Positions 51,641 to 64,000 of a stretch of 64,000 nt of DNA are shown here, piece after piece (positions within the stretch are counted from its first letter, which is position 1; every line of letters begins with the position of its first letter). A model generated the notes under the pieces. The model worked only from the letters and a program-made list of their open reading frames with translations, searched no databases and was not told the DNA's origin. The stretch lies in the NCBI GenBank assembly GCA_964658305.1, contig OZ210885.1, positions 4,030,001-4,094,000 on the forward strand, given 5' to 3'. Both the position numbers and the translations under genes were made by a program. The DNA comes from Leptogorgia sarmentosa (lineage: Eukaryota).

Positions 51641-53983
51641 TCAACGCCACCAATTTTTAATTGTGCTCCAAAACGTCTGTGGAGGGTGTGTGATACCTGT
51701 AGAGGTGGATGGCTCATTATTCCAGGGTAATGCGCCTGCTTCAGGAGTGTCGACTCCGTCTTCATAAGGTGTGTGCGATCCGTCTGCTTCTAGTGTTTGG
51801 GGTGCGTATTCTTCAGGTGTGTGCAAACCGTCTTCTTCAGGTGTGTGTGATCCGTGTTCTTCTGGTGTGTGCGATCCGTCTTCTTCTGGTGTGTGTGATT
51901 CGTCTTCTTCAGGTGTGTGGGATCCGTCTTCTTCAGGTGTGTGGGATCTGTCTTCTTCAGGTGTGTGCGATCCGTCTTCTTCTGGCGTCTTTGATCGGGG
52001 CGGCTCAGTTGGGTGTGATGTGGACATGTCCATTTCCTCTGCAACGTTTTCGCTGGGATTTTCTGGCGAGGAACTGTCGCTTAACTGCCGTCCATGGCAA
52101 CGCTTTCTGGCGAGACGTCTTGACCTGCCTTCTTCAACAAACCCACAATGTATGGTTACGTCCCTCCCTGCCCTATTAACATGCTCTCGTTCCGGTTCCA
52201 GATCTGCCTCGCTAATCTGTACAATGTTGGTTCTCATCCACTGCGCAGCAATGTTGTGGGATGGAACCATGTCCCTGACAGTGTCCTCGTCTTCATACCA
52301 CAGCTCCGCAGGTGGGATCAATTCATGATGTCTGTTGATTTCTTCTGCCATCCACGCGATGCATTGACGAACAGCCACTGGTCGATCCCAGAGTTGGCAG
52401 GGATTGAGATTGTTGGAGTTGGCAGGGATTGCGTGGGGAAAATCTGAATACGACGTTCCACATTCTCGTTTTCAGTACCGAAGTCAGGAACGTTGTTGGT
52501 GGTAATGTAGAAGGGGCTGTGTGAGTTCACACGTCTGGGCTGACAGTGCTTCACGGCAGTGACCATCCAGCCACCTTGCAGAACCGTCTTCGCCAGATCT
52601 GCGTTCATTGTGTTGGCTGACCATTCGTCGATAAAGACGAGTTGCGTCCCGTTGGTGATCGTGGATGCAGAAAATTGGCGTTCGTTGGTGATTGAAGCAA
52701 TGTATTCTTCGGGGATTATGCGCCGGAAGATACTTGCCCAAGATGTCTTCCCAGAATCATGAACATCTTCTTCGGGGAACGAGTTGCGGATGCCATCGCG
52801 AAAGTGGTTAGGTTGAGGGGGTGATGAACAGTCATACGGGACGTAGCCTCGCCGTGACAACTTGCCAATCATGGAGTCGTTGATGGGATTAAGGTACGAA
52901 GGCTCTGTCGGAGATCGAGAAGCAGAAGCCGTTGGACACTTCGATCAGATTCACGTCAAAGCACATTTGTTCCACAATCTCACAGGCTGGATGGGAGAGG
53001 AATCTTTCGATGCTGCTGACGTTTTTGGCAAGGCTGTCGTTCAGGGCATCATTCGCAAGCAGCTTGTTGAGGTAGCTGGACACATCCATCAACCGTACGT
53101 ACGTGATTCTGGCTTCATCGGGTCTGCCGTAGATGTCACCTCGGTACAAGGCGTGATTACATAAACATAATTCCATAACGCGTTGAATTTTGCGTATCGT
53201 CAATATGGTGTGTCGCATCGTGTATTTGATGGGCCTTTATCACATTCTGCGCAAACTCTGGTGTCCAGCACTAGCCCGTCAGATTGCAATTTTTTTACAG
53301 CGTCCTGGAATTGTTCGACGTATCCACAATGGCTCACAACGACGAGACAACAAGGACGTGTAGGACAGTGAGTTGGATGCAATTCCTCGGCCTCCCCTTC
53401 ATCTTTGTTCTCGCTTTCACTTGACGAATGTGGCGCATTCTCATAGCAATACCAGTTGGATGCGTCCACCATATCCTGCATTGATCCATTGTTGTGGTCC
53501 TTCACGGTTTGGAATAGTTGGCGAGCCACACTTTCCATGTCATGATTACTGCGGTTTCTTACATGAATCGGTCGAATTTCCAGTTCCACATCCTTGTCAT
53601 GCAACGCAGCAAAAAATGTGTCGTCGTCACATTGCTCGTTCGGCTGGTACACAATAAAAAAGGACACACAAGAATAGGTGTTTTCTCCAGCATTCGCGTT
53701 GCTCTGTTCAGCTTTCGTGGTGTTGGGATTGGAACAGACGCTCGAAATGCAGGAAAAGAAACAGATCACACCTTCGATTGAAGTAAAATACATGCAACTG
53801 CTCGATGTTTGGGTCTAATCTAATGCACGTAAAATAGGGAAGTTTATTTGAAGCTACAGTATGTGCATTTATTTGCAGAAAGACAAGGGAATACTTGCAT
53901 GTACTTACCAAGCTCAAAATGTTGGCTCGAAGCGAGTTTTGTAGGTGCTTCGAATCTAACTCCTCTTGTGGTTTTGCTGCCAT
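51641..53983 (-). pseudogene. D5/SF3-like helicase gene, copy C (most complete; spliced, frameshifted)
   Basis: Exon 1 53983-53909, phase-0 GT-AG intron, exon 2 from 53643; NLIEVSNGFCF (D5_N-like), DSGKTSW, LVFIDEW, FYITTN, ERRI; acidic tail. Confidence 0.8.
51755..51990 (-). repeat. 24-bp coding minisatellite (TPEEDGSH)n in the helicase tail
   Basis: About 9-10 in-frame units of GTGTGTGCGATCCGTCTTCTTCAG. Confidence 0.9.
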
Positions 53984-55004
53984 TTTGTGATGTGCTTGCT
54001 CGATGCACTGTACAGGCTAGGCAGGTCACAGGAGTTTACTGCCTTTTTATTCTAATGTTTACTATAGTGTTTTTACTGTTTTTTTCTTGAATCGTAAAGG
54101 AACAATATTTAGCACTTTGATTGGATTGCTAGTTATATTTTTTAGTATGATGGTATTTACATAGGGAACAATATTTGGTCCTCAAGGCATGATCCTCCAC
54201 CAATATCACCAATATTAAATGTTATATTTATTGCCTGAAACTAATTCAAGACGTAAAATGAACACAAAAACGTTCGAAAAAATTTAGTCAATCAGCGCTA
54301 AGTAATTTCCACCCCAGGAAGAAATGCCTTCCTCATTAGCCAATCAGGTTTTAGTAATTTCGACAGCAAACGAAGCAATCTGATTGGCTAAGAAAAGGCA
54401 TGGATGCACCAGACGGGAAAAATAAAGTAGTGCAACGGCGGGATTTGCGGGTAATCCGGACTAATTGATAACAATGCCATACTAGTTTATTATACCCCAC
54501 CGTTAATGTTCAAATTAAATCAGTCGGAATTTAAAGGGCACTATTTGTCATATCATCAGGACCGACTGACTTTAACAAGCATACATTTCAAAGCATATAC
54601 GTAATCAGATGTGTATGTATATGGGGGCATATCAGGGGCGTCGCGAAACGTGTTTGAATGGGGGGGATGGTGTAAGGTTACATTTTGCCGAGTGGTCAAA
54701 AGGTCTCTACAAATTATACCTATATACCCTTATTACTCTAGTGTATAGACACGAAATCATACAGCTACCATGCCACCAACTCTCGCATAAGTAGTGTACG
54801 TAATCGACTGATATGACTTCTAAACGTGTAGAGTTGAAGGTTTAGGGTTTATAGTACGCAAAGGACATGTTATCTATATATATCTATATATATATATATC
54901 ATACTACCACTGTTTGTAAACAAAAATTTGCAAAGCCATATAGCTTGCTGAGCTGTATTTTAATTGATCTGAAAAATGCGTATAAATTATATTTGGCTAC
55001 CCTC

Positions 55005-55190
55005 TTAGGGCCTGATTACATGGAGTGTTTTCAGCTCGGGCTGAGTTTCAGCCCGGCTGTAATTTCAACTCGATCTTGAGATTGAATCCTAGTTAAATGC
55101 TGCGTGCAATTATATGATTTGAGCTACCCGAGTTGAAATTCCAGCCCGGGCTGAAATTTTTGTCATATAATCGCTTCAGCCTGGGCTGTA
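55005..55190. mobile_element. GGGCCTGATTACATG-type MITE fragment
   Basis: Terminus resembles the 56460 element; repeated TTCAGCCCGGGCTGAA palindromes. Confidence 0.5.
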
Positions 55191-55439
55191 ACTTATAAGT
55201 GCATGCATTGTAAGCTTATAAAAAAAAGTATAAAAAAACACATGAATTCCAACATGGCGAATGTTAAAGTCTCCCACTAGTAGCTATCGCCTGTTTTTTT
55301 ATAAGATGTGACAGCATTTTCTTTGGTCCTGAAAAAAATTATCAATTTAGAAGATGAATGTATGAATCGTTCTACATGTGGTTACAGCACTGTCTACATG
55401 CTTTAATGACCAAGCATTTAGGCTAACTTACCAGGTCGA

Positions 55440-56300
55440 ACAGATGAAATTTGCATTTTTTCGGACAACTTTCGTAGCACGGTATGTAAAATATATACAC
55501 GTGTGGCAAGTGGAATGCCGAATATTCTTATTTTAGAGGTTGTATTCGAAGTATTTTGGAATGCAGAAATATATTTAAGTTGGTAGAGTTTTACCTAATG
55601 CTTGGAAGATGTCTGAAACTGAGCCTAGTGAAAACAAAATAAAAACATTGTCGAACATGACTGTCGCTGAACTGAGGAAGTATTTGCAAATGCACGGCGT
55701 TACGGCTATCTTAACCTACTTTGCTTGAAATCGCTCAAGCAGTTGAAACAATTATGCTGCCTGTTGAACCGAGTAATGAATATTCAAACGATGGATGCTC
55801 AGAAGATACCCTCATTATTAACGATTTGATAATACAGCAACCATTGTCTCACTTTGTGAATGACTTCCTTCACTGATTCGCCTCAGTTTGGTTTGTATGA
55901 CATTTTCAACTACCTCATTCACTATTCGACCGAATATGATAAACAAGGACTGCTGCTTATAAATCATATGACGATTACCAGCATTTTGACGAGGGTTATG
56001 TTGAGTCGCTGTTGAAAGCGACTTTAGAAAGAAGCGTGCATTTGAATGTTTATTGATTGATAAAATGCGAGCGCACCGCTCGTGTCTATTATAAATGATA
56101 ATATGAAAATGTCCTCAGCTGTAATCACCAGATACCGTCCCCTTTACAACATATCAATATATTACAATATATCTCCGCACTCCAAAATACTTCGAATACA
56201 GCCTCTAAATAAGAATATTCTGCGTTCTACTTGCCCCATGTGTATATATTTTACATACCGCGCTACGAAAGTTGTACGAAAAAATGCAAAATTGGTCACG
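55440..56300 (+). mobile_element. SAP-domain/YqaJ-associated ORF relic bracketed by ~130-bp inverted repeats
   Basis: 55448-55577 vs reverse complement of 56166-56293; MTVAELRKYL (SAP), FGLYDIFNYLI..AYKSYDDY..FDEGYV. Confidence 0.55.
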
Positions 56301-56339
56301 TGACAGTATCCTACTGCGCATCGCAGTAAACGTGGATTG

Positions 56340-57620
56340 TTTGAAATGTATTCTTTGGTGCTGTCAATTGTGAATAAAGCTGTTGAAGCCCATTCATGTC
56401 AGTTGATTGTTTCACTACTGTTAACAGTGTAGAAAGACATTGTTCTGTCTTGGCTTTTAGGGCCTGTTTATATGGAGGCGAGTTACCCGGTTGACCGAGT
56501 TACTTGCTTTGCCGGGTAACTCGCCTTCAATAGAAAATTATAGGCTTCCCGGTGAAGTGTTTACATGGCACAAGTGGGAAACTCGCCTTGGCAAGTTCGT
56601 GGTGGAAAGAGGCGGGATCTCGCCCAGGCGAGAGGAATATTTTACCATGTAAACGCTTTGACCGGGAAACTCGGCTTGCCAGGACGAACTTTTGCAAACA
56701 GCGCATGCGTAGTACATTCTAATGTACTACCAGGTTAGGGTACTTCATGTAACTACAGTGTGTTGAACAGATGAATGCCGAGTAACTCGGTCAACCGGTT
56801 AACTCGTCTCCATATAAACAGGCCCTAAGTGCTTTGGTCCCTGACTGTGCTTTCTTGTCTTGCACTAGTAAAGCAAGTCTGTCAAGCTCATCACTTGTTG
56901 TATCAAGCTCATCATTTGTTGTAGGGGTTTCACATTCTTGATTGATGTTATTTTCTTTATCTTGATCTAGCCACCACTTTAAAAAGTGTACATGTTTGCA
57001 TATTGTTGTGTTGAATAGACTATCTGGACAGGTACATTCAAATTGATGGATGCAAATACAGCATCTTTTGCATGTCAACTGGCAGTCTTCATTCAGGTTG
57101 CAGATTTCTGAATTTCTGCTGACTGTGTAGCATTTGCTATTATCAGTCAATTTCATTGTCCATGTGTTTTCACTTTCCCTCACAGGTTTCCGCGTTTCAC
57201 GTAGCAAAATGTTTTTGTTGTGTTGAGTTGTGATTGACTGTTGCCTCTTAGACCGTTTTCCTTTAGTGAGTTTGATCACCCTGTCGAATGCTTTGTCTTA
57301 GGGTATTTAATTAGGTTAACCAAACAATTATCAACCCTTTTGTTCACTTTCCCATCTAAGTACTTGTACTTGAACACTTTGTGGAAGCATTCCAAAAACA
57401 TGTTTGTATTAATACCAAGACCCACTCGTAGCAATATGCCCATTCATTTGTCTTTTGAACCCATTCACTTTGGAAGTGTGTAAGAAATTCAGCTGACTGA
57501 TTTGTTTTTTCCAACCGATTTTGTAAATGTCACATTGCATTTCTTGGTCCTTGATTTTCTCTTTCAAAGCTTTTTTCCAAGCTCTATCCACATGCCATGT
57601 GCATAACAACTTTTTTGGTG
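56340..57620 (-). mobile_element. MULE transposase C-terminal fragment with a SWIM finger
   Basis: LCTWHVDRAWK, NTNMFLECFHKVFKYKYL, CTCPD...ICKHVH. Confidence 0.75.
56460..56825. mobile_element. Intact MITE inserted in the MULE ORF
   Basis: ~45-bp TIR GGGCCTGTTTATATGGAG.CGAGTTA.CCGGTTGACCGAGTTACT; TA duplicated at a TTAA site. Confidence 0.88.
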
Positions 57621-57749
57621 CTTGCCCATGTATTCCAACCCAAAAAACACATGCATTCCAACATGGCGAATGTTGAAGAAATAAACAACAAGGAGGTCGG
57701 CAAAGAAGACACGGAAAATTGGAAGAATGTCATTCAGAGAATGACTCAA

Positions 57750-58800
57750 ACTTTATTCCATCTTCTCTTCTGAAAGGCCTTAAAGCCCTCAGATCAGTGC
57801 TAATAATCTTTTCATCATCAGATGACGATCTGTGAGAATGTGCTGATGATTTCTTAAACATACCAACCTGGCCCTCACGCTTCAACAACTTTACTCACTC
57901 CTCCTGATGCTTTGCTTGCTCTGGTGATTGCCTTCTCTGTTTTATTGGCTCCCATTGACTTTCTTCAATGAGTTTCTTCATTTCTGCATTCCTGTTTTCC
58001 TGGAACAAATCAATTTCAATGTTCTTTCCTGCGCCGCTTTTCCAGTTCACAGTAGCTGCCCACTTGCAACGAAACGCTTCAGCTTCTGAGAGCAAAACGT
58101 TACATCGCCGGATATTAATGAGCATTTCAATAGAAAATTCGTTAAATCATGGATTGGAGAAGAAATGCAACAGCATCTGCTTCCTCAAGGTGGATATGTG
58201 CTCACCATTACCAGTAGCAACGGCATCCTTCATATCTGCCAGAAGTAGAAAGGTAGGAATGATATTAACACCATAGCACCAAATACCATCCTCAGATTCA
58301 TCTTTCTCATCGCCACTTTCAACAAAGACATATTCATCCAACAACTTGTCGAGAATGTTGTTGATGCGACTCTGTAAGTCTTCGGTGTCACCATGGACAC
58401 TATGAGGACTGTTCACTGTTGGTTTCTGTTTTGTATCTTCCATTTGGAAAAATTCCAAAAGGGCTTCGATAAAAAACAAAAACCAACACTGTAAAACAGC
58501 TGTTCACAGTCCTCATAGTGCTTCACATCAACTGTGGCGTTCCTCCGATTCAACTTCTCCCTAAAGAGAGTCGCCTTCTCTCTACCAGAGTTCTTGTATA
58601 GCCGCTTGAATGCCGTCTAAACAAAAGTAAAGTACATGTAAAACATGAAAGAGAATAATCTAACGATTACGCACCAACCTGAAATTATATACATAGAAAT
58701 TACAATGTACCTTTTAAAAACTTCTTTTTGTATGCCAATCGACTATACAAAATGGATACAAATGATCCAACCTCTGTTTTGCTGAATGACAACCAGCACG
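57750..58800 (-). pseudogene. DUF6589-like transposon-associated protein relic
   Basis: LLADMKDAVATGNG, WAATVNW..G.GKNIEIDLFQENRN, DWHTK. Confidence 0.55.
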
Positions 58801-59551
58801 CAGGTCTTACTCAACCCTTACTCTAACCCTAACATGACTGGGAATGAAGCAATCTTACTAGATGATTTTGAAGTTCATTTGACATATTTAGCCTAATTAA
58901 CATAAAATGGCCAAGTATTCTATAATTGTACCTGTAATTGTTTTGATAGTTTTTATACCGAGTTTGTTCCCCGGTCCACTTTATGTTGTATTTTAAATGC
59001 TCTTAAAGCTTTTAGAAGTCTTAAAGTAAGTGGTACATTATGTAGAAGGCTTTGGTAGCATTTTTCAACTAGTGATATACAATGTCATATTACATCAAGG
59101 CATTGGAACATGTTTTGCAGCATAAAATTCTAGGAATGGTATTGGATGGGTAATATGGTTAAATATTAACTTATAAAAGCGGACACCTTTCGTAAGATCA
59201 GGTCCCGAAGGTGTCCGCTTACGAGAGGTTCGACTGTATTTATATATTAACATGGTCTATTACCACAAGAGTGATTTGATAACAACAAAGAAGCCAAATA
59301 AATAAGCAAAATGTTTTCGAAAGCATTATTTATGTGGACATGCAAAAATATATATAATCTGTACAATAAAATTAATGTTCAAGGCCGTATTAATTTACAA
59401 CATTATACAACATAATTATATATCTGTACTCCGCTTTGCAGTTGAGCTTACAGACTGAAGTGCCAAGTTGTGTCACATAGTTTGATGATTGATATTTAAT
59501 GACTCATCTGTCAATTTCATTAAATTGCAACTGCAAAGCACAGTACCAATT

Positions 59552-62500
59552 TCATTTGCATGCGTCATCTCTACATTGGACATGTAAGGTAAGAGCACCT
59601 TGAAAGTAGCTTTTTAGCTGACAAATCTCCAGCAATGTACATAGCCCAGTTAGTTTACCTTCTACCTGCCGATATTTCTTTCTTTGCCTTCTCTTCAGTT
59701 TCTCTTCCGACACTAATCGAACTTGCATATCCACCAGTTCCGCTTGTTCATGGAGAAGTCGCACCATCAGATAATAATTGAGGTTCCCACGCTTTGCATG
59801 TCTGTTCAACATACCATGCCAACCTTCGACATCATTGTTGGTTCTTACAGCTTGGCAAAAAACACTCCACGTTTCTGGTTTCCACAATTCACCTTCAATA
59901 ACGATAAATTGAATATATTATTATTTTATGAGTATCACATACTTCGTCCTACAAGTGATGAAGAACTTGGGCAGAAGAGAGAGGGGGGCTGGTGATTTTT
60001 TTTCCCACCACAAACGGTAAAAATTTTCCCTTATCGTCTACCAATATACTGCACACAATCTCTTACCTTCTATCCAGTTCGCACGAATATACTCCACCAG
60101 TTCTGCCAGGGTTGGTGTTGTAGCCTTTGCAGCAAGTTTCTCAAACACAGCTGGTATGTGTTCCTTCGGTAAATATGGAAGTGCCAGGAACTTTCTGCAC
60201 AGTTTATGGGTCGCGTCGTCGTCTTTATAGGCAGGGGCCAGACCTATGTCCTGGATCTTCCTCCAGATGCACTGTGCCCAGTGAAATGAGCAGCCACGAA
60301 TTAACACATCTGGGAAAACATGTGGGATTGCTCGCCATAACACACACTCGAAATCCAAAACAATTTTTTCGAGTTTTCTTCCTCTCGTTAAGCCTTCAAT
60401 GGCACGTAGAACTTTTCTGTAGTCTTGTTTTCGTTTCCCCGACATCAACACAAAGGCAAGTGGTACTTGTTTCACACATTCTCCGCTTCGCACAAATGAA
60501 TGAATTGTGAACAACTGGGTGAAAGGCTCTTTGACTACTTTAAATGTTCCATCAACATACCATGTCTTAGATTTTGACAGCAAATCAAGCATGTTTTGAG
60601 TTGCAAATGCCAGGTGTCGCCTTCCATCTATCTTCACGTCAGATTTCAGAAAATCTTCTGGTATATGGTCTTCGTTGACTTCAAACTCTAGGTCTGTTGG
60701 CTCAGCTGGTCGCATTTTCTGCTGGTGGTGGTTAGCAGCTCTCGCAAGCTACTTGGGGGTTTCTCAAAGCTGACAAAGGTTCATTGGAAGTAGCTACACC
60801 CAGTTCCAACATAACCTAATTAAAGAATAAAGAATATAGGGACAAAATTCTTTTCCAATGCGAAATATGCAATGGTAGACGTACACCTTCAGTACCTTAT
60901 TAACAATTTCAGCTGCAGATGTAAAGATTTCCGTTGCTGCCATTCTCTTGACTGACGCTGCGACGTTTGTGGCAGTTGCCGCTCCAAGTTGGGCTGGATG
61001 TGTGTGGAGTTGTGATCCTTGTGTGAACCCATTAGTTTTCTGCAGCACTGTTGCTTTGCACCACATAGACTTATTTCGCTCACTGTACCTCCAAACTTTA
61101 TTGCCATTCGCCCTGCGCACTTTGACTATGTATGTGTAGCCCTGGCTGTCCGCCAGTTTTTCCTTCCCTTTCTGCGAGCCATCTTGAATCACCTGATAAG
61201 TTATCACTGTTGGTACGCCTGCACGATCACATTGCCTTGGAGTGTCGTCATCAATTGAAGATTCCACTAACTGCTCAGGAACTTCAAAACTGGGCATGCT
61301 ATCGTATGAATCTTCCTCCATAGCGGTGTTACCTGCCTCAACAGTTGTTTCCGGCAAACTTTCAGTTGCTGAAGAGAAAGGTGCAGGTTTTTAATATAAG
61401 AAGAGCCTATATATGCACTCATATAACTCCATGCTATGCATAACATAACTTCATATACTTATATAACTTCATGCAATCATATAAGTCCGTACAGTCATAT
61501 AAGTTCACGTAACTTATCATGCACTAACATAACTTCATATACTCATATAAGGTCCATATACTCACGTAACTTATCATGCACTAACATAACTTCATATACT
61601 CATATAACTTATCATGCACTAACATAACTTCATATACTTATATAACTTCATGCAATCATATAAGTCCGTACACTCATATAAGTTCACGTAACTTATCATG
61701 CACTAACATAACTTCATATACTCATATAAGTCCATATACTCACGTAACTTATCATGCACTAACATAACTTCATATACTCACGTAACTTATCATGCACTAA
61801 CATAACTTCATATACTCATGTAACTTATCATGCACTAACATAACTTCATATACTCAAGTATTGAACATGAGCCAATAGTCATTGGCTACTAATAGTTGTG
61901 AAATCAATCATAGACAATTGTGAAATGGTTGTGATTGGTTTGTCACTGAAATGGCATCAGCCGTGCATCTGTGGGATGCGTGATCAAACTGTAGAACTGG
62001 TTTTATGGGTGTTTCCTTATGATTATGGAGAGATAAAATGCCTGAAATAACCATTAAAACAAAAAGGGGAAATAATGAAAAAAAGATTGGTGAATGCAAT
62101 TGATACCTTGAGGGCCGCAGTCCATTTCTCCAGGTGCGTCAGTTTCGGAATTGCTGGCTGCCATGTCGACCAACATCATCACCAAATCTTCATCTACTTC
62201 ATCTACTTCTTGTCTGGCTGCAAGTAATCAAGTTATTAACAGTTTTGATATCATCTGGGTGTTTATTGAAAGCTGTTTCAACTATTTTTGTATGGCTATA
62301 TGAATTAGAATACTCACATTCTTCAACCAGCCTCGTGCTCTCTGCGGCAGGCAACAAGAATCCCACGCTCAAATTAAGGCAGTCTACGCAACGCCAGTCA
62401 ATTTCTTCACCGCATCTAACAGCGGTTCGATACGCGATTAGCGAGATCCCACCGTTGCAGGTCCGATGTTGCCATCTTTCGCAGCAATCACATAACAGCC

Positions 62501-62570
62501 CCTGTTGCCGAGCTCTTACAGGCTCCTTGCAGCGAATGCAGTTATCTTCAGCAGACATCTTCAGTAAAAT
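59552..62570 (-). mobile_element. Spliced Mutator-like transposase: PHD - FLYWCH - MULE DDE
   Basis: CIRC..LCDCCERWQHRTC..WRCVDC; VWRY..CKATV..HTH; WYVDGTFK, VLDFE, GCSFHWAQ, RTNNDVEGWH; frameshifts present. Confidence 0.88.
61410..61857 (+). repeat. Intronic minisatellite, ~38-bp unit CACGTAACTTATCATGCACTAACATAACTTCATATACT with higher-order duplication
   Basis: Direct inspection; a ~180-bp block is repeated at ~61436 and ~61616. Confidence 0.9.
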
Positions 62571-63484
62571 GGTGAATAGAACTTCTGACTGTAGCGCAGC
62601 GGTGGTGAATGTTCGAGTGAAGATACTGTATACTTGTAACGCATTTTATACGATTGTGTTTGGCCATTGATGACAATGACTGCGCAAGAACAATGGCATG
62701 GTATCATCATTGTATCACAATAACTTATTGTGATACAGTCAATAACATCCGGATGACTACATGCTTCTGTTCAAGTTTTGTTTTTAATATTTTTAAATGT
62801 TTTGTCCCAAAAATATAGTAGGTTAGCAATATATCTCAAGGCAATATATCTCATACACGTGTATTTGATTGGGTAATGAATGGAAGTTGCCTATCAATCG
62901 CAAGTTTATATCTGGAAATTATGTGTAACCGCTATAGTCTTCATATTTTGATTTTTAATTTTTTTGATTTTTAAAAACATTTATTCCTTCCTGTATTAAA
63001 CAATTCTCTTGTGCGTAATCTTCATTATGTTTTAGCTTTGTAAATATAAATTTTATATGACTTATATACTTTAAAATATTTGTAATTCCTTTTTATATGC
63101 TCTTTTAAATGAACCTTATTTTCATAACTTTCATTGTTGTAAAGTAACACGCATTCCAGCTGTATTTAGCTGCAATGTGTTTTCTCAAAATCTATCTATC
63201 TTATGGCTTTTTGAAGATTTTTACAACAGCAAAATCACTTCGAGCAGATAAAGTTATCCGACTTTCGAACAACCGAACTTGCATGACGACATGATGACGC
63301 TGCATGCTACATGGAAGTTGTAGGATGTTTCGCATTTCCTGCGTGATGGACAATCATGTGAGGAATGATGACACGCTTACTTAAAAAAGCCCATTCAATT
63401 TGGATTTTATTCTTCTGTTAATTTTTAGTGCAAAGTTTCAAAGAAACTTTGCAGTATTGTGATGAGTGGGGAAGATTCACATCA

Positions 63485-63529
63485 GTCATTGAGTCATTGA
63501 GTCATCGAGTCATTGAGTCATTGAGTCAT
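63485..63529 (+). repeat. (GTCATTGA)n microsatellite
   Basis: 5-6 copies of an 8-mer. Confidence 0.85.
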
Positions 63530-64000
63530 AGTGTAAACTCCGGGGGGAGCGTTCCAAATTCTCCTGATGTGCTAAACTCCGTAGTTGACTGATATCCTTG
63601 AAATGTTTGAACAAAAATGATTCGATTGCAGTTATATATCATTGCTCATCATTATTTGCAGTTGTTCTCATTGATATGAAAGCTTGTTAGATGTGAAATG
63701 TGATCAAAGAAGCGCAGAAATACAGTACACAATGGCGGAGCCCCTCCGGAATTTCAGTTTTTGCAAAAATTGCAACTCAGCACTTCTGGGGAATGAAATT
63801 ACACAATATGGCGGACGCTAAGAGTGGGGCCGTGAATCAGTAATTCAGTAATTCAGTATGATGATGATATAATGTGGCCAACATGTCTGAATACGTTGAT
63901 AAAGCAGTTAAAATGTTCTTTATATATCAGCAATGAATCTAGAGATTTGAATTTATTATCATTATCAGTAGAAAACTTGTATTTGTCATGGACAATTTAA

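Noticed and set aside
51709..52328. Plus-strand ORFs (GVCDPSSS)n and (VCAIRLLL)n
   Set aside because: Antisense shadows of the 24-bp coding minisatellite
52318..52872. Endogenous parvovirus NS1 or CRESS Rep
   Set aside because: No HUH motifs or capsid ORF recognised; D5_N-like motif and YR linkage fit poorly, though a profile search is needed
61410..61857. CRISPR-like regular repeats
   Set aside because: Contiguous tandem units without unique spacers, no cas genes, located in a eukaryotic intron

Overview
AT-rich eukaryotic (metazoan; inferred cnidarian-like from the transposon repertoire and short GT-AG introns) repeat graveyard, with no intact host housekeeping gene evident. It holds nested, mostly decayed mobile elements: Tc1 (DD34E) with a neighbouring BEN-like gene, an R2/NeSL-like fragment, Tx1/L1, CR1/L2, Maverick pPolB, hAT, a near-complete DIRS1, Gypsy, EnSpm, three MULE loci, YqaJ, P2X7-like and DUF6589-like fragments, and several MITEs. 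The standout is a recurring two-gene element that I cannot assign to a named superfamily. It pairs a tyrosine recombinase (N-terminal C2H2 finger) with an intron-containing D5/SF3-like helicase. It occurs at 1-4520 and 48627-54180 in the same helicase-recombinase-helicase layout, plus a fragment near 29.1 kb, with a GGAACA-rich divergent intergenic region. This suggests an integrative, possibly circle-replicating DNA element. All copies here are degraded, and all family calls come from motif recognition, not database searches.
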